Below are positions 9,905 to 19,411 of a stretch of 64,000 nt of DNA, piece after piece. The notes beneath the pieces were generated by a model. It saw only the letters and a program-made list of their open reading frames with translations. It was not told the DNA's origin and did not search any database. Position numbers and translations under genes: made by a program. Origin of the DNA: an uncultured Planctomycetota bacterium (lineage in GTDB: Bacteria; Planctomycetota; PLA2; JAEUHO01); assembly GCA_963802335.1 (NCBI GenBank), contig CAWDIE010000009.1, forward strand, positions 24,961 through 88,960. Reading direction: 5' to 3'. The stretch's first letter is position 1. Every line of letters starts with the position of its first letter.

Positions 9905-12900
9905 ATGGTGGGGATGCTGCGACGGCACGCGGGGCTGCTGCTCGGGTCGGGGCTGCTGATTCTGGCCATCCTGGGGCTCTCCTCGTGGTTGCTCCGGGAG
10001 CCGACGTTGCTCGATCCGACCGACCCGGTGGGCGGGGCAGCCGACGGCGGTCCCGCCGCCGCCGCGGCCGCCTACGTCTGCCGCGTGGTGGACGACGAGG
10101 GCCGTCCCTGCGCGGGCGTGCAGGTCGGCGCGTGGCTCCACCCGGCGCCCCAGGCGGTGGCCCGATTCGGCCGCGCCCCGCTGGAAGACGCTCGCGGCGC
10201 CCCCCCCCTCGGCGAGCCCGCCCCCGATGTCACGGCCACGACCGACGAGGACGGCCTTGCGCGCTTTGATGGACTCGCGATCGAGCGACTCTCCAGCCTG
10301 CGCCCGCTCGTGGAAGCGCCTCGCATCGGCATGCTCCACCGGCCGCCTTCTTCGCGCCTTTTCCGTGGCTCGGAAGCGCCTCCGCCGAGGCCCGTGCTCC
10401 GCGTCGAGCGGGGCCAGGAGGCGCAGGTGCGCGTGGTCGACGGCCGTGGCCGCGGAGTTCCGGCCTTCCTGCGCGTGCGGTGGTCGCCGTCGCGCGGCGA
10501 GCGGTGGCGGGGCGAGACCATGACCTTGCCCTGGGTCCGCTGCGACGCCGCCGGACGGGGCACGCTGGGCCCCCTTCCCTCGGGAACGGCCCTGATGGAC
10601 GTGTTCCTGCCGGGTGTGGGGTGTCGCGAGCGCGTGCGCGTCGAGTCCGATGGGGCGGGCGAACAGGTCGTCGCTCTGGGCGTACTGCCGGGCGCCCGGG
10701 TCGAGGGGCGCGTTCGGACCACGGACGGTGCACCCATCGAAGGGGCCACCGTTCATCTCTCCGCCCAGGCGCGCGAGAGGGATCCATCCGGTGACCGGTG
10801 GTGTCGCATCGCCGTGACCGACGCCGAGGGGCGCTACCACGTCGAGGGACTCCCCGAGGGCAGCCTGGCGGGGTCGTTCGTCGAGTGCCCGGGGTACGTC
10901 ACGCGCCTCGACGTCGGCGACTACCTGCCGCTGGATGCCAAGCAGCTGGCACGGCTCGACGTGCAGCTCGCCAAGGCCTGCACCTTCGTCGGTCGCACGT
11001 GCACCCCCGACGGGGCTCCACGCGCCGGCGTGCCCCTTCGGGTGCGCTACACGTTCTGGCGCCAGCATGTCCGCACCGTCGTGCCGCCCCGAACTCCGCA
11101 GATTGGCGTCGTGTCCGACGAGGAGGGGCGCTTTCGCCTCGAGGGGCTCCCCGCTACGGCGCTCTCCATTGAGCCCAGTGCCCACCGCACCCGCTATGCC
11201 GGCCCGGTGGGGGAGGACGCGTTCTCCATCGAGTTTCAAGCCGAGGGCGAGGTGCTGTCGGGCGACGTCGTCGTGGCTCCGGTGCCGTCGGCGCGGGCCG
11301 AGGGCCGGGTCATCGATGCCCGCGGGGACGCCGTCCCCGATGCCGTGGTGACGTGGTCGGCTCGCCGGTCCCTCGTCGCGTCAGGGCAGGTGGGAGCCGG
11401 ATCGGACGGCCGGTTCGTGGTCGACGACCTTCCGGGTGCGCGCGATTACACCTTCCGTGCTCGGCATGGCGAACTGCACTCGACGCCCCTGACCGTGACG
11501 ATTTCCGCGGAGACGCTCGAAGCCGCGGCGCCCATCGAGTTGGCGGTCCGCCCCTGGTGTCGAATCGAGGGGCAGGTACTCCAGGATGACGGCACACCGG
11601 CCGCGAGAATCAAGCTGACGGCCTCTCGCGAGAACGCGAAGAGCCGCATGGCTCACTCTGGCGTCAACGGACGCTTCACGTTTCCGATGCTCGAGCCGGG
11701 GACCTACAGCATCACCGCTCGCCACTACGTACAAGGGGGATGGTCCATCCCGCAAGAGGTTCCGCTCTGGCAGCTCGGGCAGTCGGAGCAGATCGAGGTG
11801 CGCTTGCCGCCGATCGCGCGCGTCGCGGGTGTGCTCCAGGACGAGGCTGGGCGTCCCTTCGCCGGGGAGCGGCCCGTGCTCAAACTCTCCGAGCCCAGCG
11901 CCAAGCGCGAGCGGCTCTTCATCGTGAGGGAGTTCCGAGGCCGCGACGCCACGGACGAGCAAGGGCGCTTCGCCATCGAGCTGATCTGGCCGGAGGGGGC
12001 CGAGCGGGCCAAGGTGGTGTTCGAGGTGGCCGGTGTCGAGCACGTCACCTCCATCGAGGGACCGAGCGAGGACCTGCGGATCGTGGTCCCGCGACCGCCG
12101 ACGCCGGGGAACACGGTCCGGGTCGAGGGGCGCGTGTCGACGCCCGACGGTGTGGACCTGGCCGAGGGGATGATCGGTCTCTTCGAGCGACGGGCGAACG
12201 AGACGGCCCGCGTGGGCTGGGTACGCGTGACGGACGGGCGCTTCGCCGCTCGCTTGAGGCTACTCGGCGACACCGTCATCGTCGTGGTCGATGGGGGCCG
12301 CGACCTGCACGGCCGCACCGTCCCCTTCGCTCCGTGGATGCGAAGCGACGTTCGGCCCGCGGGGGGGCCGCTGGACATCCGATTGACCCGCGGGAGGCGG
12401 GCACGCGTTCGTGTGCTGGACGCGCAGGGGCGACCCGTCCCCGGTGCGTCGGTCTCTCTCAGACAGGATAGCGAGGCGGAGCGGCGACTTCGTCATGCCC
12501 TCGACCGCTCGGTTCGAGGGACGACGGACGCGGAGGGACGCTTCGAGAGCTACGGATTTGGCCAGCGGACCGTGCGGGCGAGCGTGTTCGCACCGAGGCG
12601 ACGAAAGGGCAGCGGGCTCGCTTGGGAGCCGTTCACGTTCGCGCCGGGCGACGCCTGGGTCGATCTGTGGGCGCAAACGCCCCCGGAGGCGGGCGAGCAG
12701 GAAGTCGATCGCGCGAACGATGGATCCTGGCGTCATGCGCCGTGGCTCCTCGAGCGCCTGGCCGGCGCCGAAGTGGTGGTCCTGGCCGAGGTAGACCCCG
12801 CCGCCCACACGTCGCTTCGTGTGACCCAGGCGGATCCGATCGCGCGCTACAGGGCGCGCGTCGCGGCCTACCCCCGCGCGGTCGAGGAAGCGATGCGCAC

Positions 12901-13609
12901 GGTCTTGAAGGATCACGGCATCGATCGCGTCGTGCTCGTCCTGGAGCGTGAGATCCCGCGCGCGACGATGCAGGCGGCTGTGAACACGTACCTGAGGGAC
13001 CGCGACGCGGCGTCGTTCCAGAAAGCCATCTTCGGCATGCATCGCATGCGGCGGTGGGACGAACGGCGAGGCCATTCCAACAGCCACACGTACCGCGATG
13101 AGGATCACTACCGCTGCGTGGAAGAACGGGGGAGGGGTAGGGCGTACACGGTGGGCTACCCCGGCACGCCCCGCGTCGTCATCCCGCCTCAAAGCTACGG
13201 GGATTGGCTCTACCGGGACGCCTTCGCCGAGTACCGCATGCTCCTCGGCCTGGCCGACGCGGCGGCCGACGCCGGCCTGCCCCTCTACGTCTACAGCACG
13301 AATGCACGAGAGGGCATCCACGTCCCACCGGCCGAGGTGGACCGGCAGGCCCTCGAGCACCTATCGACCCACCTGCTCCAAGGCGTGCCACTCGTGTGCA
13401 GTCCGGCCATGGAGACGAGGCTGCGTGATCCGGCCTCCCTCCTGTCCCGCTGCTGCGCGCGCCTGGACGAGGCGCAGGCGGGTGCGCACCGCACGGTCGT
13501 CCAGGTCGTGGAGGTCGTGCGTGCACCCGAGGAAAGGAGCGGCCCGATCGGGGTGGAACTACGCGACGGAGGGCGGCGTCCCGCCACCCCGCTCGTCCGC
13601 GACGAGTAG
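9905..13609 (+). CDS. Large membrane-anchored protein with about 10 carboxypeptidase-regulatory-like (CarboxypepD_reg) beta-sandwich repeats and a C-terminal domain of unknown function.
   Basis: N-terminal TM helix. Recurrent G(R/Q)V.D..G.P..GA.V...... .TD..GRF....LP.G.Y motifs. The last ~350 aa have no recognisable family. Confidence 0.8.
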   Translation: MVGMLRRHAGLLLGSGLLILAILGLSSWLLREPTLLDPTDPVGGAADGGPAAAAAAYVCRVVDDEGRPCAGVQVGAWLHPAPQAVARFGRAPLEDARGAPPLGEPAPDVTATTDEDGLARFDGLAIERLSSLRPLVEAPRIGMLHRPPSSRLFRGSEAPPPRPVLRVERGQEAQVRVVDGRGRGVPAFLRVRWSPSRGERWRGETMTLPWVRCDAAGRGTLGPLPSGTALMDVFLPGVGCRERVRVESDGAGEQVVALGVLPGARVEGRVRTTDGAPIEGATVHLSAQARERDPSGDRWCRIAVTDAEGRYHVEGLPEGSLAGSFVECPGYVTRLDVGDYLPLDAKQLARLDVQLAKACTFVGRTCTPDGAPRAGVPLRVRYTFWRQHVRTVVPPRTPQIGVVSDEEGRFRLEGLPATALSIEPSAHRTRYAGPVGEDAFSIEFQAEGEVLSGDVVVAPVPSARAEGRVIDARGDAVPDAVVTWSARRSLVASGQVGAGSDGRFVVDDLPGARDYTFRARHGELHSTPLTVTISAETLEAAAPIELAVRPWCRIEGQVLQDDGTPAARIKLTASRENAKSRMAHSGVNGRFTFPMLEPGTYSITARHYVQGGWSIPQEVPLWQLGQSEQIEVRLPPIARVAGVLQDEAGRPFAGERPVLKLSEPSAKRERLFIVREFRGRDATDEQGRFAIELIWPEGAERAKVVFEVAGVEHVTSIEGPSEDLRIVVPRPPTPGNTVRVEGRVSTPDGVDLAEGMIGLFERRANETARVGWVRVTDGRFAARLRLLGDTVIVVVDGGRDLHGRTVPFAPWMRSDVRPAGGPLDIRLTRGRRARVRVLDAQGRPVPGASVSLRQDSEAERRLRHALDRSVRGTTDAEGRFESYGFGQRTVRASVFAPRRRKGSGLAWEPFTFAPGDAWVDLWAQTPPEAGEQEVDRANDGSWRHAPWLLERLAGAEVVVLAEVDPAAHTSLRVTQADPIARYRARVAAYPRAVEEAMRTVLKDHGIDRVVLVLEREIPRATMQAAVNTYLRDRDAASFQKAIFGMHRMRRWDERRGHSNSHTYRDEDHYRCVEERGRGRAYTVGYPGTPRVVIPPQSYGDWLYRDAFAEYRMLLGLADAAADAGLPLYVYSTNAREGIHVPPAEVDRQALEHLSTHLLQGVPLVCSPAMETRLRDPASLLSRCCARLDEAQAGAHRTVVQVVEVVRAPEERSGPIGVELRDGGRRPATPLVRDE

Positions 13610-13620
13610 GCCAGCCCACG

Positions 13621-14334
13621 CTAGGAGCGCTTGGGACCCAGCATTGCCAGGCCCTTGGCGGCTTTGCGCGTCAGGCGACGAAGACCGGCGCAGTCGTAGT
13701 GGTTGTAGTCGAGCAGCGAGAGCCAGGTCTGGCGGTCCGGCTCCGCGATCTTCTTCCAGCGCTGGGTCCTCCCGACGACGTCGTCCAAGCGGGCCAGCGC
13801 CTTGGCGGGCTTCCCCTCGACGTCACGGGGCCACTTGAACTTGATGAGCTTCAGGTACTCCTTGAGCGTCTCGGGGTCGGTCCGCCGGCCGCCGTGGATC
13901 CGTAGACGCCAGGGCTTCACGACCTCGACCTTCGCGTTCACGAGTCGGTGGGACTCGGGGTCGCTCAAGACCACCCTCGCCCGGGCGGCCACCTCGGGTG
14001 ACGCGTGCCGGTTGATGATCTCCTGTTCGTGGATGGAGTAGGCGAAGAGGCGCCGATCCTGGTCCTCGGCGCGCTCGAGCAGCAGCGAGAGCGCCTCGTC
14101 CAGCGTCGACATCTCGAAGTTGCCCCGTTCCCGCCTGAGGCGGACCTTCGCCCCACGGACCAGCGGGCCGTAGCGGGGGTGGAAGACGAACTGGTGGAAC
14201 TTCCCGCCGACCAGCGCCCCGAGCAGATGGGGGTGCGGGCGGGGATGCCCCGGCGAGCGACCGAGCCCCTCGAAGTCCAGGTAGATCCCCCGCTTGGCTT
14301 GCTCCGGAGTGATGAACGCCCGCGGCCTCGCCAT
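13621..14334 (-). CDS. RNase H-like superfamily protein (YprB/PolB-exonuclease-like predicted 3'-5' exonuclease).
   Basis: IYLDFEG (DxE), YSIHEQEII, and a C-terminal YNHYDCAGL motif. Confidence 0.6.
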   Translation of the reverse strand: MARPRAFITPEQAKRGIYLDFEGLGRSPGHPRPHPHLLGALVGGKFHQFVFHPRYGPLVRGAKVRLRRERGNFEMSTLDEALSLLLERAEDQDRRLFAYSIHEQEIINRHASPEVAARARVVLSDPESHRLVNAKVEVVKPWRLRIHGGRRTDPETLKEYLKLIKFKWPRDVEGKPAKALARLDDVVGRTQRWKKIAEPDRQTWLSLLDYNHYDCAGLRRLTRKAAKGLAMLGPKRS

Positions 14335-14378
14335 GGCCTCTCCCTCCCGCCATCGGGAGTGTAGCGAGAGAGGGCGCC

Positions 14379-14414
14379 AGCAGTACGGTGCCAGTCACCC
14401 GTCCGCCATCTTCC
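14379..14414. repeat. REP-like unit B (single, inverted orientation).
   Basis: AGCAGTACGGTGCCAGTCACCCGTCCGCCATCTTCC. Confidence 0.85.
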
Positions 14415-14460
14415 GTCAACCTCACACCGCAGGCAGCGACCCCTTGACAGGGGTCTTGAA

Positions 14461-14496
14461 ACTACATATGTAGTACTACATGAGTCGTAGGAAGTC
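14461..14496 (+). promoter_or_regulatory. Candidate BlaI/MecI/CopY-type operator overlapping the blaI-like start codon.
   Basis: Perfect 14-bp palindrome ACTACATATGTAGT (14461-14474), immediately followed by a second half-site pair ACTACATGAGTCGTAG. This is an AT-rich island in a GC-rich genome. Confidence 0.6.
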
Positions 14497-14884
14497 GGTC
14501 GTCGAGCTCTCCGATCTCCAGGTCGCCGTCATGCGCGTGCTCTGGGAGCAGGACGAAGCCACGGTGGCCGAGGTCCACGCGGCGCTCCTCAAGTCGCGGG
14601 GGCTCGCGCTCACCACCATCGCAACGACCTTGAAGCGTCTCGAAGCACGTGGGGTCGTCGATCACCGCACGGACGGTCGCCTCTTCGTCTACCGCCCGCT
14701 CCTCGACGAGGACGCCGTGCGCACGTCCATGCTCAGCGCGCTGACCGATCGCCTCTTCCGCGGCGATCCGGCCGCCGTCGTGAACCACCTGCTCGAAGAG
14801 CGAGACATCGATTCGCAGGAGTTGAAGCGCTTGAAAGCGCTCATCGATGCCCGGCAACGTGCATCGAAGCGGGGCCGTTCGTGA
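14480..14884 (+). CDS. BlaI/MecI/CopY family transcriptional repressor.
   Basis: 134 aa. Winged-helix N-terminus (LSDLQVAVMRVLWE...ATVAEVHAAL...LALTTIATTLKRLEARG.V) and a C-terminal dimerisation helix. Confidence 0.9.
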   Translation: MSRRKSVVELSDLQVAVMRVLWEQDEATVAEVHAALLKSRGLALTTIATTLKRLEARGVVDHRTDGRLFVYRPLLDEDAVRTSMLSALTDRLFRGDPAAVVNHLLEERDIDSQELKRLKALIDARQRASKRGRS

Positions 14885-16162
14885 GCGCGGTTGCCGACCA
14901 CGTCCTGCTCTGGGTCACGACCTACCTACTTCACTCCACCTTGCTGCTCGGCCTGACTGCGTTCCTGGTTCGGTTCGCGTGGCTCCGCCGTCCCGAACGC
15001 ACGGAGGTGCTCTGGCGCACAGCGCTCTTGGCTGGCGCTCTGACTGCAACCGCCCATGTCCTGGTGGGGGCGCCCGTTTGGACCACGCGGTCGCTCGTGG
15101 CGGTTACGCCGCCCGTGGCCCGTGTCCCTTCACCCAAGAGGGAGGTCGCGACGACGACCGGCCTGTCGAAGCCGGTGAGCGGGCGCGTCCCTGCCCTGTT
15201 GCCCTCGGAGACGCCGCCCTTGGGCGCGCCCGTTCCCCCCGCGGCAACGACGCGTGTGGAGAGCCCCGACGCACGATGGCTGCTGCTGGTCTGGCCCCTC
15301 GTGGCCGGCGTGCTCCTCCTGAGACTGGTGCGGCAGCGCCGCGCGCTGCGACGGGTCGGTGTCCGCTCGCCGGTCGAGGATGACCACGCGGCAGTCCTGG
15401 CCACGCTGGCGCGCGAGGCCGGCATCCGGCGACGGGTTCGATTGACCCGCACGACGTCCATGTCCTCGCCCATCACCCTGGGGACATGGCGTCCCGAGAT
15501 CTGCCTCCCCGAGCGCGCCCTGGAGAGTCTGCCTCCGGCGCAGCTCAGGGCGATGCTCGCCCACGAAGTCGCGCACGTTGCGCGTCACGATGACCTCTGG
15601 CTGCGGCTTACGAGTGCCGTCGCCTCACTCCTCTTCTTCCAGCCCCTGAACCACGTGGCGACCCGTCGCCTCCGCGACGCCGGCAGAGGTCCTCTGCGAC
15701 GAGTGGGCGGCACGGAGTGGTGAGGCGCGCCTCGCGCTCGCACGCTGCCTCACGACCGTCGCCGGCTGGATCTTGGAGCGCCCGGCGCCGCGCGGCGTAT
15801 CCGCCATGGCCGTGCGCCCGTCGCTGCTGACCCACCGCATTCGCCGTCTCGTCGACGAGCCGCACCACGCCCATCCCGTGCGGGCGGGGGCCGCCTGGGC
15901 CCTCGCGTTGCTGCTTCCGATCGCGGTGCTCGCGCTAGCGCCCGGACTGGCGGACAACGCCCGGGCCGAGCCGTCCACCCCGTCCGTCGTGCCGACGATC
16001 GACGCCGACCTCACGGCGCTCCAGCACGAACTCACCGAGGTCCACGACCTCCTCCTCGACGCGGGTCACGACGACCTGGCTCGCCGTCTCGAGGAACGAC
16101 TCCGGGCGCTGCGGAGCAAGCGCGCGACGTTGGCCCCGCCCCTGGCCGTCGAAGGAAGGTAA
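14881..16162 (+). pseudogene. BlaR1-like M56 peptidase/sensor, with a frame break near 15670-15690.
   Basis: Frame 1 gives TM helices and HEVAHVARHD (HExxH). The family-typical continuation AEVLCDEWAARSG...LARCLTTVAGW...THRIRRL is in frame 2 and runs to the stop at 16162. There is a 4-nt overlap with the blaI-like stop. Confidence 0.75.
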
Positions 16163-16165
16163 GCC

Positions 16166-17416
16166 ATGAAGCTCTCTGCCGCCGCCGCTCTCCTCTCCGT
16201 CGTCCTCCTTGTGCCCCAGGCCTTTGGTGGGGAGGAGGACGAACTCCAGCGGCAACTGCTCGAACTGGCCAAGGACATGGCCACACTCGAGCGCTCCCGC
16301 GTCGCAACGAAGGCGGACCTCTCCCGCGTCGCAGCGAAGTTCGATGCCTCGACGGATCACCCCGTGCCGCAGCAGATCCGGCGCCAACTCGCCTTGTTGG
16401 ACGCGAGGCTGGCCGACCGCCGCCAGCAGCTGGAGATGGTGATGGATCGGCGAATCGACCTCCGGCTCGCATCCCTCGAAGCCGGACGCGACGTTCCCGA
16501 CGATGGCTGGCTCTACGAGGCCCTGGCCGAGGACCGCGCGTACGAGGTGTTCGCCATCGAGGGCCGATCCCTCCTTCGTCGCCTCGCGGCGAGCACGGAT
16601 CCCCAGGAGATCGCCCAGTTGAAGCAGTGGGTCGATCGTCGAAAGGCCATCCAGGCGCGTCTGGTGGAGGAGGCCTCTTCCGCAGACCGCGTGAAGCCGA
16701 GCGTAGACGAGACCGTCCAGGCCAGAGGCGTGGTGATCAACACGTTCGGCGGCGAGCGGTCGGACCTGCCGCCGAAGGAGCTGAGCGTCGGTGAAGCCAA
16801 CGCCCTCGCTCGGCGTGAGTTCCTCGCCCGCACCCGGAAGGGACTCGAAGCGGACTCCCGTGGCGCACGTCGCCTCGACACGAGCCTCGCTCGCTTCGAG
16901 GAGGTCCTTCGTATTTACGACCGCGCACGCGAGGCGTGGTTCACCGGTCGGCGTGAGGAAGCTCACCAGCTCGTGACCGATGCCGGCGCCGCCCTGGAGA
17001 TCGCTCTCGAGGCAGCAGAGCGCGAGGAGGCGGGGCTGGCGCGCCTGCCGACACGGAGACCAGACGAGACCGGCCGCGTGTTCCTGCATGCGGAGGACGC
17101 GGCGGTCCGTCAGGTGCTGATGACGATCGGCCGCCAAGCCCCGGTCGGCGTGACCTGGCCGGCTGACCTCTACGGTCGCGTGACGCTCCAAGTCGAGGAC
17201 CTCCCCTGGCGTCGGGCACTTGACTTGGTCTTGGCCGCCGTCGGCTGGAAGGCCGTGGAAGACCGCCCCCCCGCCGAGGGCCAGATGGGATCGCTGCGGC
17301 TCGTGCGTGTCGCGGGAGGCCAGATCGAGCCCACCGCGCTCCAGTCGCTTCACGAGGAGATCCGGGCGCTTCGGCGCGAGGTGCAGGAGATCAAGCGGAT
17401 CCTCCTTGCACGCTAA
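16166..17416 (+). CDS. Secreted coiled-coil protein with a C-terminal STN (secretin/TonB short N-terminal)-like domain.
   Basis: Signal peptide, long heptad-rich region, and VFLHAEDAAVRQVLMTIGRQAPVGVTWPADLYGRVTLQVEDLPWRRALDLVL. Confidence 0.7.
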   Translation: MKLSAAAALLSVVLLVPQAFGGEEDELQRQLLELAKDMATLERSRVATKADLSRVAAKFDASTDHPVPQQIRRQLALLDARLADRRQQLEMVMDRRIDLRLASLEAGRDVPDDGWLYEALAEDRAYEVFAIEGRSLLRRLAASTDPQEIAQLKQWVDRRKAIQARLVEEASSADRVKPSVDETVQARGVVINTFGGERSDLPPKELSVGEANALARREFLARTRKGLEADSRGARRLDTSLARFEEVLRIYDRAREAWFTGRREEAHQLVTDAGAALEIALEAAEREEAGLARLPTRRPDETGRVFLHAEDAAVRQVLMTIGRQAPVGVTWPADLYGRVTLQVEDLPWRRALDLVLAAVGWKAVEDRPPAEGQMGSLRLVRVAGGQIEPTALQSLHEEIRALRREVQEIKRILLAR

Positions 17417-17426
17417 GGGGGAGGAG

Positions 17427-17564
17427 GGTGCCGGGAGGAGGGTGCCAGTCACCCGTCCGCCCGCGTCGCCGTGCGGTGGACCCGGTTCCTCGAGTTGGCG
17501 AAAGCGTGACTGGCACCGTACTTCGACTCCTCGAGTTGGCGAAAGCGTGACTGGCACCGTACTT
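17427..17564. repeat. REPIN-like composite C: an inverted arm at 17441-17461 plus two identical direct units at 17492-17521 and 17533-17562.
   Basis: A 38-bp perfect direct repeat TCCTCGAGTTGGCGAAAGCGTGACTGGCACCGTACTT with a period of 41 bp. The left arm is GGTGCCAGTCACCCGTCCGCC. Confidence 0.9.
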
Positions 17565-17614
17565 TAGTTCTGCGACTGCCCGCCGCGGCCTCGGGCGCGA
17601 CTATCATCCGCGAC

Positions 17615-18103
17615 ATGAGCGAGAACCCCGCGCGGCCGAGCGCCGTCGACGAACTCGAGTCCATCTACGGCGCCGCCAGCCAGGCAGGTTTCGGCAGCGC
17701 CGTGTTCTGGCTGCCCGTTTCTCCGCCGGAAGACCTCGAGCGCCTCGCACGTGAGGCCTACCGCGAATTCGTGGGCCCCCTCTGGGAGCGTTACGGCGAA
17801 GCCGCTTGGATGGAACCCTGGCGCCGCGTCCACGAGCGCCCTCCCGGCGCCGCAGACGAGCTCGTCACCGCGTTGCGTGGCCTCGAAGATGCCGACGCCG
17901 CGCGATCGACACCCCTGTTGCTCGACGCCGTCGACGAGCCCGCCAAGGCCGCCGCCGCCCTGGCGGCGGCTTTCGACACCGAGGCCTGCGCGCCGCTTGC
18001 CGTCTACAACGTGGGCGATGGCCAGGCGCTCTCCGGGCTGCTCGTCGCGGGCCTGTACCGCAAGGCCGGCCACGCGCTCTTGCTCGTCATGCTCATGGAT
18101 TGA
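17615..18103 (+). CDS. Hypothetical protein.
   Basis: 162-aa ORF with coding-like composition in an otherwise empty interval. No recognisable motif. Confidence 0.5.
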   Translation: MSENPARPSAVDELESIYGAASQAGFGSAVFWLPVSPPEDLERLAREAYREFVGPLWERYGEAAWMEPWRRVHERPPGAADELVTALRGLEDADAARSTPLLLDAVDEPAKAAAALAAAFDTEACAPLAVYNVGDGQALSGLLVAGLYRKAGHALLLVMLMD

Positions 18104-18468
18104 GGCCCGTCTGCGGCAGGAAGCGCCGCCATGCGGACTCGAGTCGGCCCTGCGTGAGCCCGGCACTCCGCGCCGCATCTCGCACGCGAATCCACACCGC
18201 CGCTCGTGGCCGCGTTCGCCCAAGACAGCCGAAACGCCGATTCGCCGATCACGATCCCCATTCGCTGTCGGACCTCGACGCGTCCCGGGGCTAGGATGGC
18301 GCTCGTCGGTGACACAGGGAGTCACGGGCGACCCATCGACATGCGCAGCTAGTCGGTTGGCGAGTTTGGCGCACGCGCGAGCGGCGACGAGGCCGACTCC
18401 GGTGCCCATGCATGCCACAGGGGCTCTCTCTCCTTCGTCATCGGCTAGACATCAGGAGGGAGTCTCCG

Positions 18469-18927
18469 ATGGCGACTCGGATGATCGCGGCAGTCGTTTT
18501 CGTCAGCGCCATGGCGTTCGTGGGCTGCAGGGCGCGGTACATCTCGCCGGAGATCGCACCCGCCGTGGGTACGCCCGCGAACGTGCAGCTCTACCTCTCG
18601 AACCAGAGTACGGAGCGACGGAACGTGACGCTGGCTGTGTACGTCGATGGCGCGTTGAGGCTCCGCCGGTCGTTGCGGTCGGTCTTCGCGGAACCCAACG
18701 TCGCCCACGGCTTCCCCGACGAAGTTTCGATTCACCTCGCGCCTGGTCCGCACACCATCCGGGTGGTCGCGGAAGGGACGACCGCCAGCGACGAGGTTCA
18801 GGTCACGACGGACGGTTCGCCCCTGTACGTCGACGCGGCGTTCTTCAACTCGTCGCGTGACAAGAGCGTGCCCGCCGGAGCGGACATCGAGATCGTCGTC
18901 TCGACCGAGCGACCGGGATTCTGTTAG
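18469..18927 (+). CDS. Lipoprotein, hypothetical.
   Basis: AGGAGGGAG SD followed by ATG. Signal peptide ending in the lipobox-like AFVGC. Confidence 0.65.
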   Translation: MATRMIAAVVFVSAMAFVGCRARYISPEIAPAVGTPANVQLYLSNQSTERRNVTLAVYVDGALRLRRSLRSVFAEPNVAHGFPDEVSIHLAPGPHTIRVVAEGTTASDEVQVTTDGSPLYVDAAFFNSSRDKSVPAGADIEIVVSTERPGFC

Positions 18928-18977
18928 CCGTCGACGTGCACCCCGTTCGACACCAAGCCGCTGCGTGCGTGCCTAGG

Positions 18978-19094
18978 GACGGTGCCAGCCACCCGTCCAC
19001 CAGCGCCGCCTTGCGGAGTACCCGGTCCCCCGAGTTGGCGTACGCGTGACTGGCACCGTACTGCTAGTTGGCGTAAGCGTGACTGGCACCGTAC
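18978..19094. repeat. REPIN-like composite D, with the same architecture as composite C.
   Basis: Left arm GACGGTGCCAGCCACCCGTCCACC, a conserved spacer (..TTGCGGAGTACCCGGTCCCC), and units at 19032-19061 and 19065-19094. Confidence 0.9.
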
Positions 19095-19099
19095 TGGCG

Positions 19100-19411
19100 T
19101 TAGCCATGGGCTGCCAGGCGCTCCCAGTGGGTCACGAGGGCGCGCGCGGTGAGGATCAGCTCGTTCGGGACGTCCACCGTCGTGGTCCCCTTGGCCGCGA
19201 GGTGCGTCGCCTCCGCGGGGGCGAGGTGGGCGACCTCCACGAGGAGGTCGGTGATCTCGCTTGCGGTCAGCAGGAACATGATGGACGACGGGTCCCGTGC
19301 CCGGGCCGCGGCGAAGCTCTGCGCCACGAGACCCAGGCCGAACAGGAAGCCGGCCTTGCGGGCCCAGAGATCCAGGTGGGAATCCAGCTCCCGGTCCTCG
19401 GATGTCCGCAT
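19100..19411 (-). CDS. Hypothetical protein (103 aa).
   Basis: ATG preceded by GGGGGAGG. The coding-like part of the longer listed ORF 19100-19855. Confidence 0.5.
   Translation of the reverse strand: MRTSEDRELDSHLDLWARKAGFLFGLGLVAQSFAAARARDPSSIMFLLTASEITDLLVEVAHLAPAEATHLAAKGTTTVDVPNELILTARALVTHWERLAAHG

Noticed and set aside
17488-17564. A 38-bp perfect direct repeat with a 41-bp period, which could be mistaken for a mini CRISPR array.
   Set aside because: There are only two copies separated by 3 nt, with no spacers and no cas genes. The sequence belongs to the dispersed REP family.
17564-18418. A 284-aa minus-strand ORF spanning the 17615-18103 gene and the 366-bp gap before the lipoprotein gene.
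   Set aside because: The composition looks non-coding (Arg/Gly/Cys-rich), and there is no SD and no motifs. The gap 18104-18468 remains unexplained but shows no repeat or RNA signature that I can recognise.
19046-19100. The TGGCAC-N5-TGC strings in the repeat units (CTGGCACCGTACTGCT) look like sigma-54 -24/-12 promoters.
   Set aside because: The GC of the would-be -12 element is one nucleotide too close compared with TGGCAC-N5-TTGC. The -12 part is absent in several copies (GTACTTCG, GTACTTTAG). The units occur in both orientations, in tandem, and downstream of convergent gene ends. They are better explained as REP elements.
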